Assembly (NCBI GenBank): GCA_963827275.1 | Contig: CAWHAA010000001.1 | Coordinates: 96,001 to 160,000, forward strand | Source: an uncultured Spirochaetota bacterium | GTDB lineage: Bacteria; Spirochaetota; UBA4802; UBA5550 | Reading direction: 5' to 3' | Length of the DNA: 64,000 nucleotides | Shown here: positions 1 to 12,065 of the stretch, in pieces | How the letters are laid out: the number at the start of each line of letters is the position of its first letter | Numbering within the stretch: the stretch's first letter is position 1 | The notes under the pieces: generated by a model | Told to the model about the DNA's origin: nothing | Databases searched by the model: none | What the model saw: the letters and a program-made list of their open reading frames with translations, nothing else | Program-made: the position numbers and the translations under genes

Positions 1-3000
1 GCCCTTCGACACATTCTCGAGCACCCCGCCGCCGGCCGCGCCGTCCCTGTAGGGGTTCAGGCTTGACGAGCTGTTGTTGCCCATTCTCTGGAGCAGGCCC
101 AGCAGCTTCGTCACAAGGTAGATATTGTTGTTGGCCAGCGTGGGGATGAGGCCGTCGTTATAGGTCGCGCCGACATTCTGGTCAGCCAGGAACTTGCCGA
201 GAGGATACAGCGTGTTGAGCGGCCTGAAGCTGTTCCAGTTATTGTACGGAGCGGCGGTGAACGGCGCGAAATAATCGAACACCCCGGATCCTGTCTCGTC
301 CATCATCCGCGGCACCCATCGTTTGCCATATACGGCCCCCCCGTCATCATACAGCCTCATGAGCGGCTTGGAAAGGGGGATCATGATGCCTTCCAGGAAA
401 TCGAGCAGCGGATACTTGTGGCTCGTGCTGGCATAATTGTAGTTATACCCGGAAGAGGCGGCTTCATAATAGGTGCCGTCCGAAAGCATGCCGGCAAGCG
501 CGACAAACAGCGCGAGCACCTTGTTCCTGCCCGTGTAGCACGCGTCGCTCGTCAGGAAGCCCCTGCCCGCCGGGGCCGCCGTTGCCGATACCGGCACGGA
601 CCCGATATACCCGGGCTGGTCGACAAAACCGAGCCGCTGCACCGGCGCCAGGTTCCCGCCGATTATGTCCGGAAGCACGTGGCCGCTGCCGAACAGGCCA
701 TACAGTACGTTAGGATTCATCTCTCCATTTGTGGTCGTGCCAGGCGCCGCTGCGAAGTAAAATAATGGGCAAATGTCAGTACCCGCGAGTCGCCCGGCCG
801 GTACGAGTTGCCGTAATCAGGGCTGTTTCTGTTGCCCACCGGGTCAGCACCGACCCCCTCCGTGTTCCTGACGTTCCAGTAGCCGTTGCCGGTTGAATTC
901 TTCTTGAGGTTGGCAAGCCCCACAAGGCCGTTTGCTTCCAGCACGACATACGCACCGGAATCAAGATAGGCGGTAGAAGTATAACCGGAGTGCTGAAGCC
1001 TCCCATGCGGCAAACAGGCATTGTGGAATTATGAACATGAACTTCTTCTCATACAGGAGCCACTGGTAGTTGCGGAAGATGGCCTCCTCATGGGTCGCGC
1101 ATTCCCTGGCCATGTTCCCGAGGACCGGGTAATTGGCGTCATCAGCGTTGGCCACATTCGCATTGGACCCTTCCCAGACACGCTCCCTGGTCCAGAACTG
1201 CTGCGCGCTGAAGCTGCCAGACGCAAGGTAATACTTGCCCCTGCCCGAATCATAGTAACCGCCGCTGGCGCCATACGGGTTCATCGGAGGAACGCAAAAA
1301 GCAAGTGGATTGGCATCACGAAACCATGGTTGCAAAACAAAGCGCTGTCCTAGCATGTTCGTGGCCCTTCTGTACCGCGTAATAATCAGACTTGTATGTG
1401 TCCCGGTAGCGGTTGAAGCGCTGTCCGTTCGCGTCATCCGGGTCCGCCACGTCGTTGCTGATGGTCACGCCATCGCGATTTCTACAGTTCCCGGAATCCT
1501 TGCTCGGGTAGAAATAGACCCAGGGAGTGCCGGTCTTGTCCACGTACGCGTATACCTCGCCGTTTGGCTTGTAGTACACAGAGAATGTAGCGTGCCCGGT
1601 CCAGGTGGGAGCGGGCGACAGGCTGGTATTGGGCACCCCGTCAGAGGTGGAATAATACGGGCCCGCCCCGTCCCAGCAGGAGCGCGAGATCCAGTTGAAC
1701 TGCCAGGACGCGGTATTCAGGCACCCCTTGCCGTCCGCGACTTTTGGAAAATAGGTGCGGAAGTCATTGCGGTCAAACGTGGCGCCCGGCGCGGTGATCG
1801 TGGAGCTGTTCGAATTCGGCCTCAGGCTGTCATTATTGTTATGCACGGGCCTGCCGCCGTTGGGGATCCCGACGTCCCCTGCCGCTGACGGCCCGAGCAG
1901 GCACTGCGCGGGAAAATCGTATCCCATGTAGTACTCGTACGCGTCGTCCCCGGTCTGGGCTGTAGCGCCGCCGGCCGGCGTAAAAGATGAATTCGACCGC
2001 CACACATACTTGCCCTGCCCGGTATGCGAACCCCCCGTCCATCGTCCCAATTGATATCTCTGGGCCAGTGACAGGTTGTACGCGTCAGTCCATACATCAA
2101 GAGTGGTCATTAGCCAGATAGCTACGTTGCTAATATGTTACCCCGCCGCTCGTCCACGAGTACATGGTGTCATTGACCGTGAGCACGCCGCGGGTGGACG
2201 CCCCATGCTGGTATGAGATGGTGTTTGTAGCGCCGTAGTTGGCGTTTCCGGTAGGCACCCTGGTTCGTGTCCGGCTCGCCGCTCGCTGCAGCAGGGGAGA
2301 CCGGCCTGGTCAGGAAGCCGTAGTTGTATCCCACGCCGATGGTGATCGCCGTATGGTCAAGCAGTGACACCTTGTATGCGGCGGTCGAGCGGTCTTCGCC
2401 ATAGGCGTTGTAGGTCACCATTTTCTTCAGTGAGGGCTCAACCTCGTTGCCCGCCTGCGAGTAGTCAATGCCCGAGACCTTGAGCTGGTAGAGGCCGCGC
2501 GCCAGCATCTCCACCGGAGACTGCGTGGCGGCCGGGGTCTGTCCCACGATCGAGTTGTCGGTATTGTCCTCCGCGTCATCGCGCTCGCGGAGGAAGAGCT
2601 TCGCGATCGAAGGCCACATCTCCTTCAGCGAGTTGTGGAGCTCCGCGTTCGTATAGTAGTTGTTCGGCGACGCCGCCATGGGGTGGTTGTAATCGCCCGA
2701 GAAGTTCGCGCCGCCCACCGTATAGTAGTCCTCGATGTTGGTAAGCAGGTATTTGAGCACCGGGTAATAGGTCGGTCCCGCGCCCTTGAGTGAATAGATC
2801 ATCTCCCCGACGACACGGAGCATGTCATACAGGTCTTCGCGCGCCGCTGCGCCGTCTAGGGTGTTCGTGGTCGAAATCATGCCGGTCAGGCCCGCCAGGA
2901 GAAAATCCACGCCGGCCACCGAGTTGCCCAGGCCGTTAGATTCCGATCCGTGGGCGTCCAGCGGGTCGTCAAACTCGATATAGCTAGTCCGCTCTCATGA

Positions 3001-3724
3001 GGATCTTGCCCAGGCCTTCCTGCATGGTGTAGAGCAGGCCGGTAAAATTCTGGTCGGTCGTGTCGGAGAGGAAGCTCCGCAGGTCTGCCATGATCGTCTC
3101 CATCTCCGCCGACGAATACGTGTCATCGATGTAATCGACGCCCTTGTACATGAGCTGGTACACGTCGTGCTTCATGTCGAGATCGGCGTCGTCGAGCTTG
3201 TCCATGTAGGTATAGAGCTCGTCGATGTAGCTGCCGCCGGTGTCGTCAAGCGTCTCCTGGTTGATGATGTATCCCACGATATCGCGCAGGGCGGCAAAGA
3301 GGCCGTACGCGCCGTGGCCGGTGCCGTAGTCATCGGCAAGGCCGGGCACGACCTCGGTCAGCACGTCGAATGCCGCGACACGCCTGAATTCATTGGGATC
3401 GGAAATCCCCGCCCCATCCGGCGCGGGATTGTCAATTATCTGGTTGATATTATCCACCAGCATGGTCCGGTAGTCCGGTGCGTCGATTAAGAGGTTAAAC
3501 GACCCCGGGCTGAACAATTCGCCGATCGCCGAAACCGCCTCCCCGGCAAAATCGTCAAGATTATCGAGGTCAGGCAGGCCGGTGAACGGGTTGGTCGTAT
3601 CTCCCGGCTCGGCGGAAACGTGGTTATTCTGGAAAAACGGCTTTGCGTCCTCGCTGGAACAGCCCGTCGCCAGTGCCACCAGCGCTATTATTGATAAAAC
3701 CATGATTGATTTCAGGAATCTCAT
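1..3724 (-). CDS. Giant lipoprotein, paralog 2 (runs off window start; broken by several frameshifts and one in-frame stop)
   Basis: GGAGGAG RBS, then signal peptide/lipobox MRFLKSIMVLSIIALVALATG-C. Fragments 2984-3724, 2170-2919, 1316-2110, 961-1437, 717-1013 and 1-420 align in order with paralog 1 (GYDFPA.CLL, AGD.G.PNGG, TYFPKV..G.G.LNTA, CAT.EEA..RN.QWL..EKKF.FIIP, EANGL.GLAN, GKRWVPR). Confidence 0.7.
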
Positions 3725-3789
3725 ATGCTCCTCCGCAAAAATTGAACTAAGGACACGGATAGTTGACATGATCGTTCTCCGTATGCCCA

Positions 3790-6700
3790 TCATCTGCCCG
3801 CCGGGGACAGGATCAGCCCGAGCGTCTTGTACGGGTTGAATTCCAGGAACTCGCTCTCTTCATTGGTCAGCGCGTACACGGATGAAACGTACGAGCCGGT
3901 GCCTTCAAAAACCATCCTGGTGTACCAGTCCTGGCCGATCATATCGACCATGTCGATCAGCAGCTCGGTCAGGCTGTTCTCCCCTATCCATATGCTTGGA
4001 CGCGCCGCGGGGTCGCAGAAGAACGGATCGTGCAGCATGTTGTAGAGGTCGTCGATGAGCACCGACCAGGGATAGGCCGTCGAGAACCCGTAGAAGATCG
4101 AGGGCATGATGCCGTCAATCTTGAACAGGTTGTACGCGACAAGCATCAGGTCGTCATACTCGCCCTCGAAGGTCTCCATGATGTCCGGCAGGTAATTGGT
4201 CAGCAGGGTCTGGAGATCGGTCGTCGTGCTCCAGCTCGTGCCGTTGTAGGTTGCCATGATGATGCCCAGGGTGTGCCGCAGGCCCTTGAGCTCGTCATCC
4301 GTCGCGGTGACGCGGGAGAGGAACTTCTCAAGCAGGGAAGTGATCTCCGGCATTATGTAATAGGTGTCGCCGTTCGGGCCGTCGTCGGCCAGCAGGCTCC
4401 GCATCGCGTCAACCATCCGGTACAGGTTGCTCCAGTCCCAGTGATGGCCGTCGGGAAGGTGGCGGTACGTTTCATAGAAGGTATTCGCCGCGGACCCTGC
4501 CGCGCGCCGGTTGACAAATCCGACGAAGCCCTTGCCGGTTGTCGAGAGCGTGGCCCCGGCTACCACGTCCCGGTAGCCCACCGCCTCTTCGAGCAGCGTA
4601 TCGACGCTGCAGTCCGTCGGCCGCAGGTTAAAGAGGAACCCCAGGTTACCGTAATCCACCGTGGTGTAGCTGTCGTCGCCGTACACGGCCGGCGTACTCG
4701 CTTCTTCTTTCGCGATAATATCGCCCTTTGAGGCCTTGACCGCCGTGATCACCTGTTCCAGGCCGCCGAAGATCTTGTCCTTGGTCGGCTGGGTGACCGT
4801 GCCGCCGTCAATCCGCTGGAGCAGGGCCATGAGCCGTGAGAGCGTGTTCGTCTCCATGAGGAGCGGGATGAGGCCGTTGTGCATGCCCGGGTCGTTCTCC
4901 GTCATGACGTTCACCAGCGTCCGTATGCCCGTGCGCGGACGCATGTCGATGCCGGCATGAGTGGGGCCGGTCTGTACCCATTCCTCGGTATTTCCGTCGC
5001 CGTCCGTGTCATCCTCGTCCCAGATGACCGCGGGCGAAAGATAGGCGTAATTGTCCGGCTCAACGGTCGTGTTGTTGTCGGGATGGTACTTGATGCGGGG
5101 CACCCATCGCTTGCCCTCCGGGACCGTGATGTGCCGCATCCAGGGTTTCACGAGCGGCGGAATCAGTCCGCGAGCACGGTGCGAAGCGGGTACTTGTGAC
5201 CGGTCCCCGCGTAATAGTAGTTGTTGTTGCCGGAGCCGTTTTCATAATAGGAGCACTTGTGGAGCTCGCCCACCGCCGCCACGACGAGGGGGAACAGCGT
5301 GCTCCGGTCGGTCCATGCCGAATCCGAGGTGGTCCAGTCGCTGGCATCGCCGGAATACATGTCCGTGCTCATCGAACCCCTGGCCGGGCCGTCGCTTAAA
5401 AACACCATGCGTCCCACCGGCTCCATGTTCTGGGCGATGATCTCCGGGAGGACCCGGCCCTTGCCCAGTATGTTCTGCCAGATAAGGTCAACGGAGACCG
5501 CGACATGCTCGCGGCAGAAGATCATGATGCGGGCGTCGCCCGGCTCGTACGAATCGCCGTAGTTGACCGCCCAGCCGCGCCGGGCCAGCTCGGTCGCGTC
5601 AAGGACGCCCGTGCCCTCGTCAAGCCGCTTGACCCAGTAGCCGTTCCCCTTGGCGGGGTTCGTCGGGTCCGCCGAATCATACCCCTTGGTCGCGTTCGCG
5701 AGGCCCGTCAGGCCGTTCGCCTCTATCACGATGTAGGACGCGGCGTTCGCGCCCACGGTGGCGAGCCACATGGGGATGATGAACGCGAACTTCTTCTCGT
5801 TCGCGAGCCACTGGAAGTTGCGCACCATCGCCTCTTCCTGGGTCGCGCAGGCCCGTCCGCTGTAATCCGAGCGGACCTTTTCCCACAAGATGAACTGCTT
5901 CGCGGCGGTATGCGTCAGCCCGGTATCGGGATCGTTGTCGCGAAGCCGGTACTTGTCGTTCCCGATGGCGCCCATGACGTACTTGGGCACTTTATTTACA
6001 GAATAACTCTGCGGGCTGGTCAATGACGTAGCCGTGCTGATCGTAATCTGTGTTGCGGTATTGCCGGTAATAAGATAATTCTGGCCCCCCATGAAGAGAT
6101 ACGTTCCAATTAAATCGTTCGTAACCCACGATTTCGAGGTATCAGTAACAGTGGTGGATGATATACCCGTGGTGGTGCCCGTATATATGCTCGGCATGGT
6201 GTTGTCAGAGTTCACCGGCGGAGGGCAATAATAGTCGGAGAACCCTGCCCGGATAAGATAGTAGTCCGATACAAGGGTCTCGGTATACGCGTTCTCGCGC
6301 CATCCGTCGCTGTTCGCGTCAGCGTCATTGCCGCCGTCTTCAGGATAATAGTACGCGCCACCGGCCGTCCGGACAGCATACATCCTTCCATCGGGCCGGT
6401 AGTATACCGTTCCGTTCACGCCATTGATAGTATCTGTTCTCGATCCCGCTGTGGCGTAATAGGGGCCCTCCCCTTCCCAGCATATCCGCGCGATCATGCC
6501 CATCATGACGGCCGCGGTATTCAGCTCGCCGATGCCGTTCCCGACCTTCGGGAAGTAGGTCTTGTAGTTCTCGCCCGTGGTGACATCGTCGGTGGTCATG
6601 GTAAGGGTCACCGCCCTGTTCCCGCCGTTGGGCAGGCCCGCGTCGCCCGCGCACTTGGCCGGGAGGAGGCAGAACGCCGGGAAGTCGTATCCCAGGTAGA

Positions 6701-8267
6701 ACTTATGGTCGGCCAGCTGTGCATTGGTAAAGGGATCGGAGCTCCTGCCGATGAAATCGGCCTGCTGGGTCCTCTTGTTCAGCGCGAGGGCATAGGCGTC
6801 CAGGGTCATGAACTCGCTGCTCCGGAGGCTGTACATGGAATCGTTCAGGGTCAGGACGCCGTTGGTGGAGGCGCCGTGGCCCCTGTCGAAGTTCGGGGCC
6901 GGCTCATTGTCGTCATTCATGCTCGCCTTGTACCCGAAGTTGGACGCTATCGCGAGCGTAAAGAGCAGCCGCTCGAGGTAGGAGGCGTCAATGGCGCTCC
7001 GGTCCTCGCCCGAGGCGCCGTTCTCCAGCATCTGCTTCAGGGAGCCTTCAAGCGTGTAGGTGCTGAAATCGACGCCCGCGACCCCGAGCTTGCCCAGCGC
7101 GCCGGCTATTACCTGAAGGGGCGACCTGTGCATGGTTGCGTCATAGTCCCTGAGTATCGCGTAATCGGTCTTGTCGTCCTTGATCATCAGAAGCTGCAGG
7201 ACCGGCCAGAGCTCGAGCACCGTGTTCGAAAGCTCGGCATCGACGTAGATCCCGCCGCTGTCCTGGCGGTAATCGGCGTTGACGGAGTAAACGGAACCGT
7301 CAACCGTATAATACTTTTCCAGGTTGACCAGGAGCTCTTTCAGCACCGACTTGATGAGCTTCCCGTTGGCATCCTTGGTCATGAGACGGCCCACTTCGAG
7401 GAGTGTGTCGCTCAGTATCGGGATCACACCGCTGTCCTGCGCCGCGATCGCGTTCAGTCCCGAGAGGAGAAGATCGACCCCCTCGACCGCGTCACCCAGG
7501 TAGGTGTTGTCCGCGCCGCCGGTCTGGTCGGCAAGCCCGGTAAGCCCCATGTAGTCGTCGTTCCGCAGCAGGAGCTTGCTCAGGGCTTCTTGAAGGAGGG
7601 GGAGCATGTTGTATATGTTCTGCGCGTCCGTGTCGCCGCCGTCTGTCTCAAGCAGCGGCGAACCGTACGCGGGCCCGTTCTCTTTCAGCATGTAGAGCAG
7701 GTCGTTCGTGATATCGACAAGTTCAGATCCATGAACGACGTTTATATACTGTAAAAGTTTCGCAATGACCGGCATCAGGTTCTCGCTGAACCGCGCGTTC
7801 GAATCGGAGAGCTTGTCCAGGAATGACAGGGAATCGTCATAATACGAGGTCAATGTGGAATCGGCTATATTGCCCCAGTTTTCTTCATCACGGGTGTCCT
7901 GGCTTCTCAGCCTGTCGATCAGATCACCCATGGAGGAGAGGGTATTGAACAGCGGCTCAGATGGTTTCTCGATAAGATCGTCCAGCAGGCCGATGACATC
8001 TTTCAGCTGGTCCGTCGGTGTGTCGCCGATGAGGGCAGCCATCCCCTGGTTGAAGACAAAGGACTGCACCTTGTCCCACCCGTCTTTTATGCTCGGATAA
8101 TCCTTGAAGATGTTGAACAGGTCAAAATCTGAAGGCGGGTCATTGGTCTGGAACCCGCTCGTTCTCTCTTCGGCTTTTTCCAGAAAACCTTCACTCGAGC
8201 AGGACGAAACGCTGATTAACACCGCAATAGTAACAATTAATGAAAAAAATCTGACGATCTTCATCAC
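3790..8267 (-). CDS. Giant lipoprotein, paralog 1 (~1490 aa; one frameshift near 5170)
   Basis: Lipobox ..VLISVSS-C. ORFs 5163-8267 and 3790-5151 join if one base is restored near 5170; paralog 2 is continuous over the same junction (IPLSKPLMR vs IPPLVKPWMR). Confidence 0.75.
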
Positions 8268-8653
8268 CCCTCCTAAAATTGTTCATGAAATAATCAGAGA
8301 AAATAACCGTCCAGCCGGTTATTATTATTTATTAGCTAAAAAAGGTTTATTTATATAAAAAAATTTACACCCTATGCGTAAGTAATATAAAAAAATTAAC
8401 CGGCAAAGGCGAGAATTTCTTCAAAAAAATAACCCTATCAGGCTTTAAATATGCGAACATGTAACATAATTATAGCATAAAATGAATTATGTCCAACAAT
8501 ATATCATAGCATATCACAATACTAAAAAATTGCAATAAAAAAACCGACGGTTCAGTTTTTTGATACCACTACCCGCCGCCAAAGCGGTTCAGGGGGATAT
8601 ACCGCTGCCGCGCCCCTGAAAAGGGCGGCAGGGCAGGCAGATGGGCCGTTACG

Positions 8654-10280
8654 TTACCGCCCTTTCCCGCTCTCTATCGAGGCCCGGATAAAATCCTTGA
8701 ACAGGGGGTGGGGATTGACCGGCCTGGATTTGAATTCCGGGTGGAACTGCGTGGCGATGAACCACGGGTGGTCGCGGAGTTCGATGGTCTCCACCAGGTC
8801 GATGGGCGTATGGATGCCGCCGAATACCATGCCGTTCTTTTCGAAGATCTCCCGGTAGCGGTTGGTGAATTCGTACCGGTGCCGGTGGCGCTCCATGACC
8901 GATTCCTTCCCGTATATCGACCTGATCCTGCTCCCTTCAACAAGCGAGCACTGGTACGCGCCGAGCCGCATGGTGCCGCCCTTCCCCAGCACCAGTTCCT
9001 GGTCCTCGAGCAGCGATATGACCGGGTGCGGCGTATCGGGGTTGAACTCCTTCGAATTGGCGCCGTCAAGGCCGCACTTGTTGCGGGCGAACTCTATCAC
9101 GGCGCACTGCAGGCCCAGACAGATCCCGAAGAAGGGGATGCCGTTGCTGCGCGCGTACGAGATGGCCATGACCTTCCCCTCGATGCCGCGGTCGCCGAAC
9201 CCGCCCGGCACCAGGACGCCGTCGATGCCGCGCAGCAGCTCGTCCACGCTCTCCGGCTTCTTTTCCAGGTCCTCCGAATCGATACGGACGAGGTCAAGCC
9301 GCGCCCTGTTCGCCACCGCTCCGTGCAGGATCGCCTCATAGATGGAGCGGTACGAATCCTGGAGCGAGATATACTTCCCCACCACCGCGATGCGGACATC
9401 GCGCTCGGGGTTGAGCAGCGAATGCCTGAACCTGTCCCACGCCGGAATCTTGAGCGGCTTGACGTCCATCTTGAAATTTTCCAGCACGATCGTGTCATAT
9501 TCATTTTGATGGAACATGTAGGGCACTTCGTAGATCGACCCGGGCACGTCCACCGCGGAGATGACGTTCCGCTCCGACACGTTGCAGAAGAGGGCGATCT
9601 TGCTCTTTAAATCCGGGGCGAGCGGCTGGGTCGTCCGGCACAGGAGTATGTCGGGGATGATGCCCAGCTCCATCAGCTCCTTGACGGAATGCTGCGTCGG
9701 CTTTGTCTTCTGCTCGCCCGCCGCGGACAGGGTGGGGACCAGGGTGAGGTGCACGTTGAGGACCCGGTTGGAGCCCAGCTCCTGCCGGATCTGGCGGATC
9801 GCCTCGAGGAACGGGATCGATTCGATGTCGCCCACGGTGCCGCCGATCTCCACCATGACGAAGTCGAGGTCGTAGCTGGCGGCCACGTTGTAGATCCTGC
9901 TTTTTATCTCGTCGGTGATGTGCGGAATGACCTGCACCGTGCGCCCCAGGTAGTCGCCCCGCCGCTCCCGCTGGATGACGGTGTTGTATATCTGCCCCGT
10001 GGTCACCGAGTTCTTCCTGGAATACTCGGCCGCTGGTGAAGCGCTCGTAGTAGCCGAGGTCAAGGTCCGTCTCGGCCCCGTCCTCGGTGACATATACCTC
10101 ACCGTGCTGGAACGGGCTCATGGTCCCGGGGTCGATGTTGATGTAGGGGTCCATTTTTATAATGGAAACCCTGTAGCCGTGCCCCTCGAGGAGGAGCCCC
10201 AGCGACGCAATCGAGATCCCCTTTCCGAGGGACGAGCAGACGCCGCCCGTGACGAAAATAAATTTTGTATTAATGTTCAT
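8654..10280 (-). CDS. pyrG: CTP synthase (frameshift near 10030)
   Basis: [56 protein letters not shown] and [10 protein letters not shown] motifs split over two frames. Confidence 0.97.
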
Positions 10281-10662
10281 ATGCCACCGCTGCCATCATG
10301 ATAATTCCCGTGCCGCGAGGCGCATTTCCGGCAGATTCTTTCCCTGGCCGGGGCGTTTCGCCAGCACACTAAACCCGATAATATGACATAATATAAATAG
10401 TCATGTAAATAAAAAAACCGGGTTGTTTATTACATGGGTGTTAATTTTTTAACACCGGCCCCGCCCCGCCTCATCAGAAATTTCGCCCGCCGCACCCTCA
10501 CCGCGCACGCGGGAATACGGGGCGGGATCTTTTTATAAAAAAGGTATATAAAAAATTTCATACAATAACCGTCAAACATGGCTTGACAATAATAGAGACA
10601 TCATCTTAAATTTATATTGAAGCCGCATTGAAAAGAATTTGGAAAATCTCAGAGGATACAAA

Positions 10663-11037
10663 ATGGTTGAAAAGCGCAGGTTCCCCCGGTTCGCATGCAA
10701 ATTAAAGACAAAATTCAATTTTTATGAAGGAAATCCGGAGACGATCGACTACGATATCACCATTCCATCCAAAGGAAAGGGGGTGATCTGCGATATCAGC
10801 CAGGGCGGAGCGCTCCTCATCACCTCCTCGCGGGTCGGCGCCGGCGTCCCCACCATGGTGGAATTCAAGACAAAAAAAAGCAAGCATGCGGTCCACGGCC
10901 GCATCGTCCGGACCGGGCTGTTAAAAAACAACCCGACAGAGGTAGCGCAGAAGATGTCAAAGTTCACGTCGTTCGGCGATTCGTATATCGCGATAGAATT
11001 CAAGGAGCCCATCGAGCTTTCCACAGATGAACTATAG
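10663..11037 (+). CDS. PilZ domain protein (c-di-GMP receptor)
   Basis: RRFPR (RxxxR) and DISQGG (DxSxxG) motifs; TTGACA at 10583. Confidence 0.8.
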   Translation: MVEKRRFPRFACKLKTKFNFYEGNPETIDYDITIPSKGKGVICDISQGGALLITSSRVGAGVPTMVEFKTKKSKHAVHGRIVRTGLLKNNPTEVAQKMSKFTSFGDSYIAIEFKEPIELSTDEL

Positions 11038-11042
11038 AAGTC

Positions 11043-11903
11043 ATGAAAAACGTAATCATCCGGATCAATGACATATCAGATATTGACACCTCGAAAATAT
11101 CTGTCTATGACCTCAACAACCGCTACGTGGACACCCATGGCACCATGTTCGGCCTCAGGTATAACAAGGGGGCCCGCAAGATCGAGGTCATCAAGATCGT
11201 GCGGACGCATGAAAAAAACGCGGCAAGCTTCCAGCAGAAGATAATACACAAGAAGAGGGACCAGGGGGACATGCCCCAGCCGGGCGATGACCTCCAGCTC
11301 CATGGCGAAGACGGCCCCTCCGAAGACGCGGAGGGGTTCTACAATCCCGAGTCGTTTATCGAAAAAACGATGGAGATGGCCAAGACCCACCGCGAACGGC
11401 TCAAGGGCATCATGATGAACATACGCAACTCCAACGTCATCACGAAGGAGAACAAGACCGAGAGCAACCAGCTCGAGGACATTTTCAGGAACATCGATAT
11501 CGACGGCATGCAGGGCATCGACAACCTCGTAAACTACCAGAAGGAGCTGATCAATTACCCGCGGTCGCTCACCTACTACCAGGCGAAGATGGACGACCGG
11601 GGGCGCGCCATCATCGACACCCTCGCCAGCGGCAACAGGAAGGTGATACGCTTCATCTATCTCGCCGAGATGCTCGACAATATCACCAGGCTGTACCGGA
11701 ACATCGACCGGATGATAAAGGCGCTCAAGGCCTTCTTCGATGAAAAAAACCTGGACGACGCCAAGTGGGTGTCCACCCACGAGCGGCAGTCATTCAAAGA
11801 CGGGATGGTATCAATCAATACCACCATCAATGAAATCGAGACGCTGCTTGACGACCTGAAACAGCTCGAGGAATACACCTTCACCCTGGAGCATTACACG
11901 TAG
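11043..11903 (+). CDS. Hypothetical protein
   Basis: 286-aa ORF with coding-like codon usage, directly after the PilZ gene. Confidence 0.75.
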   Translation: MKNVIIRINDISDIDTSKISVYDLNNRYVDTHGTMFGLRYNKGARKIEVIKIVRTHEKNAASFQQKIIHKKRDQGDMPQPGDDLQLHGEDGPSEDAEGFYNPESFIEKTMEMAKTHRERLKGIMMNIRNSNVITKENKTESNQLEDIFRNIDIDGMQGIDNLVNYQKELINYPRSLTYYQAKMDDRGRAIIDTLASGNRKVIRFIYLAEMLDNITRLYRNIDRMIKALKAFFDEKNLDDAKWVSTHERQSFKDGMVSINTTINEIETLLDDLKQLEEYTFTLEHYT

Positions 11904-12065
11904 GACCTCCCCCGCCGGCTTACATCCCGCCTCCGTTCTCAAGGCCCCCCTGCAAGGGACAGGGGCGTCTTCGACTTGAGGCCTGGTGGCATAACAAAAA
12001 TATTCCTTGCATAAAACGCCCTCTGTGAAAATTGTTACGCTGTATCCGCTATGGCTGAATGACCG

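Noticed and set aside
8537..8561. TetR-like operator AAAAAACCGACGGTTCAGTTTTTT upstream of the lipoproteins
   Set aside because: Core symmetry is weak and no cognate regulator is nearby.
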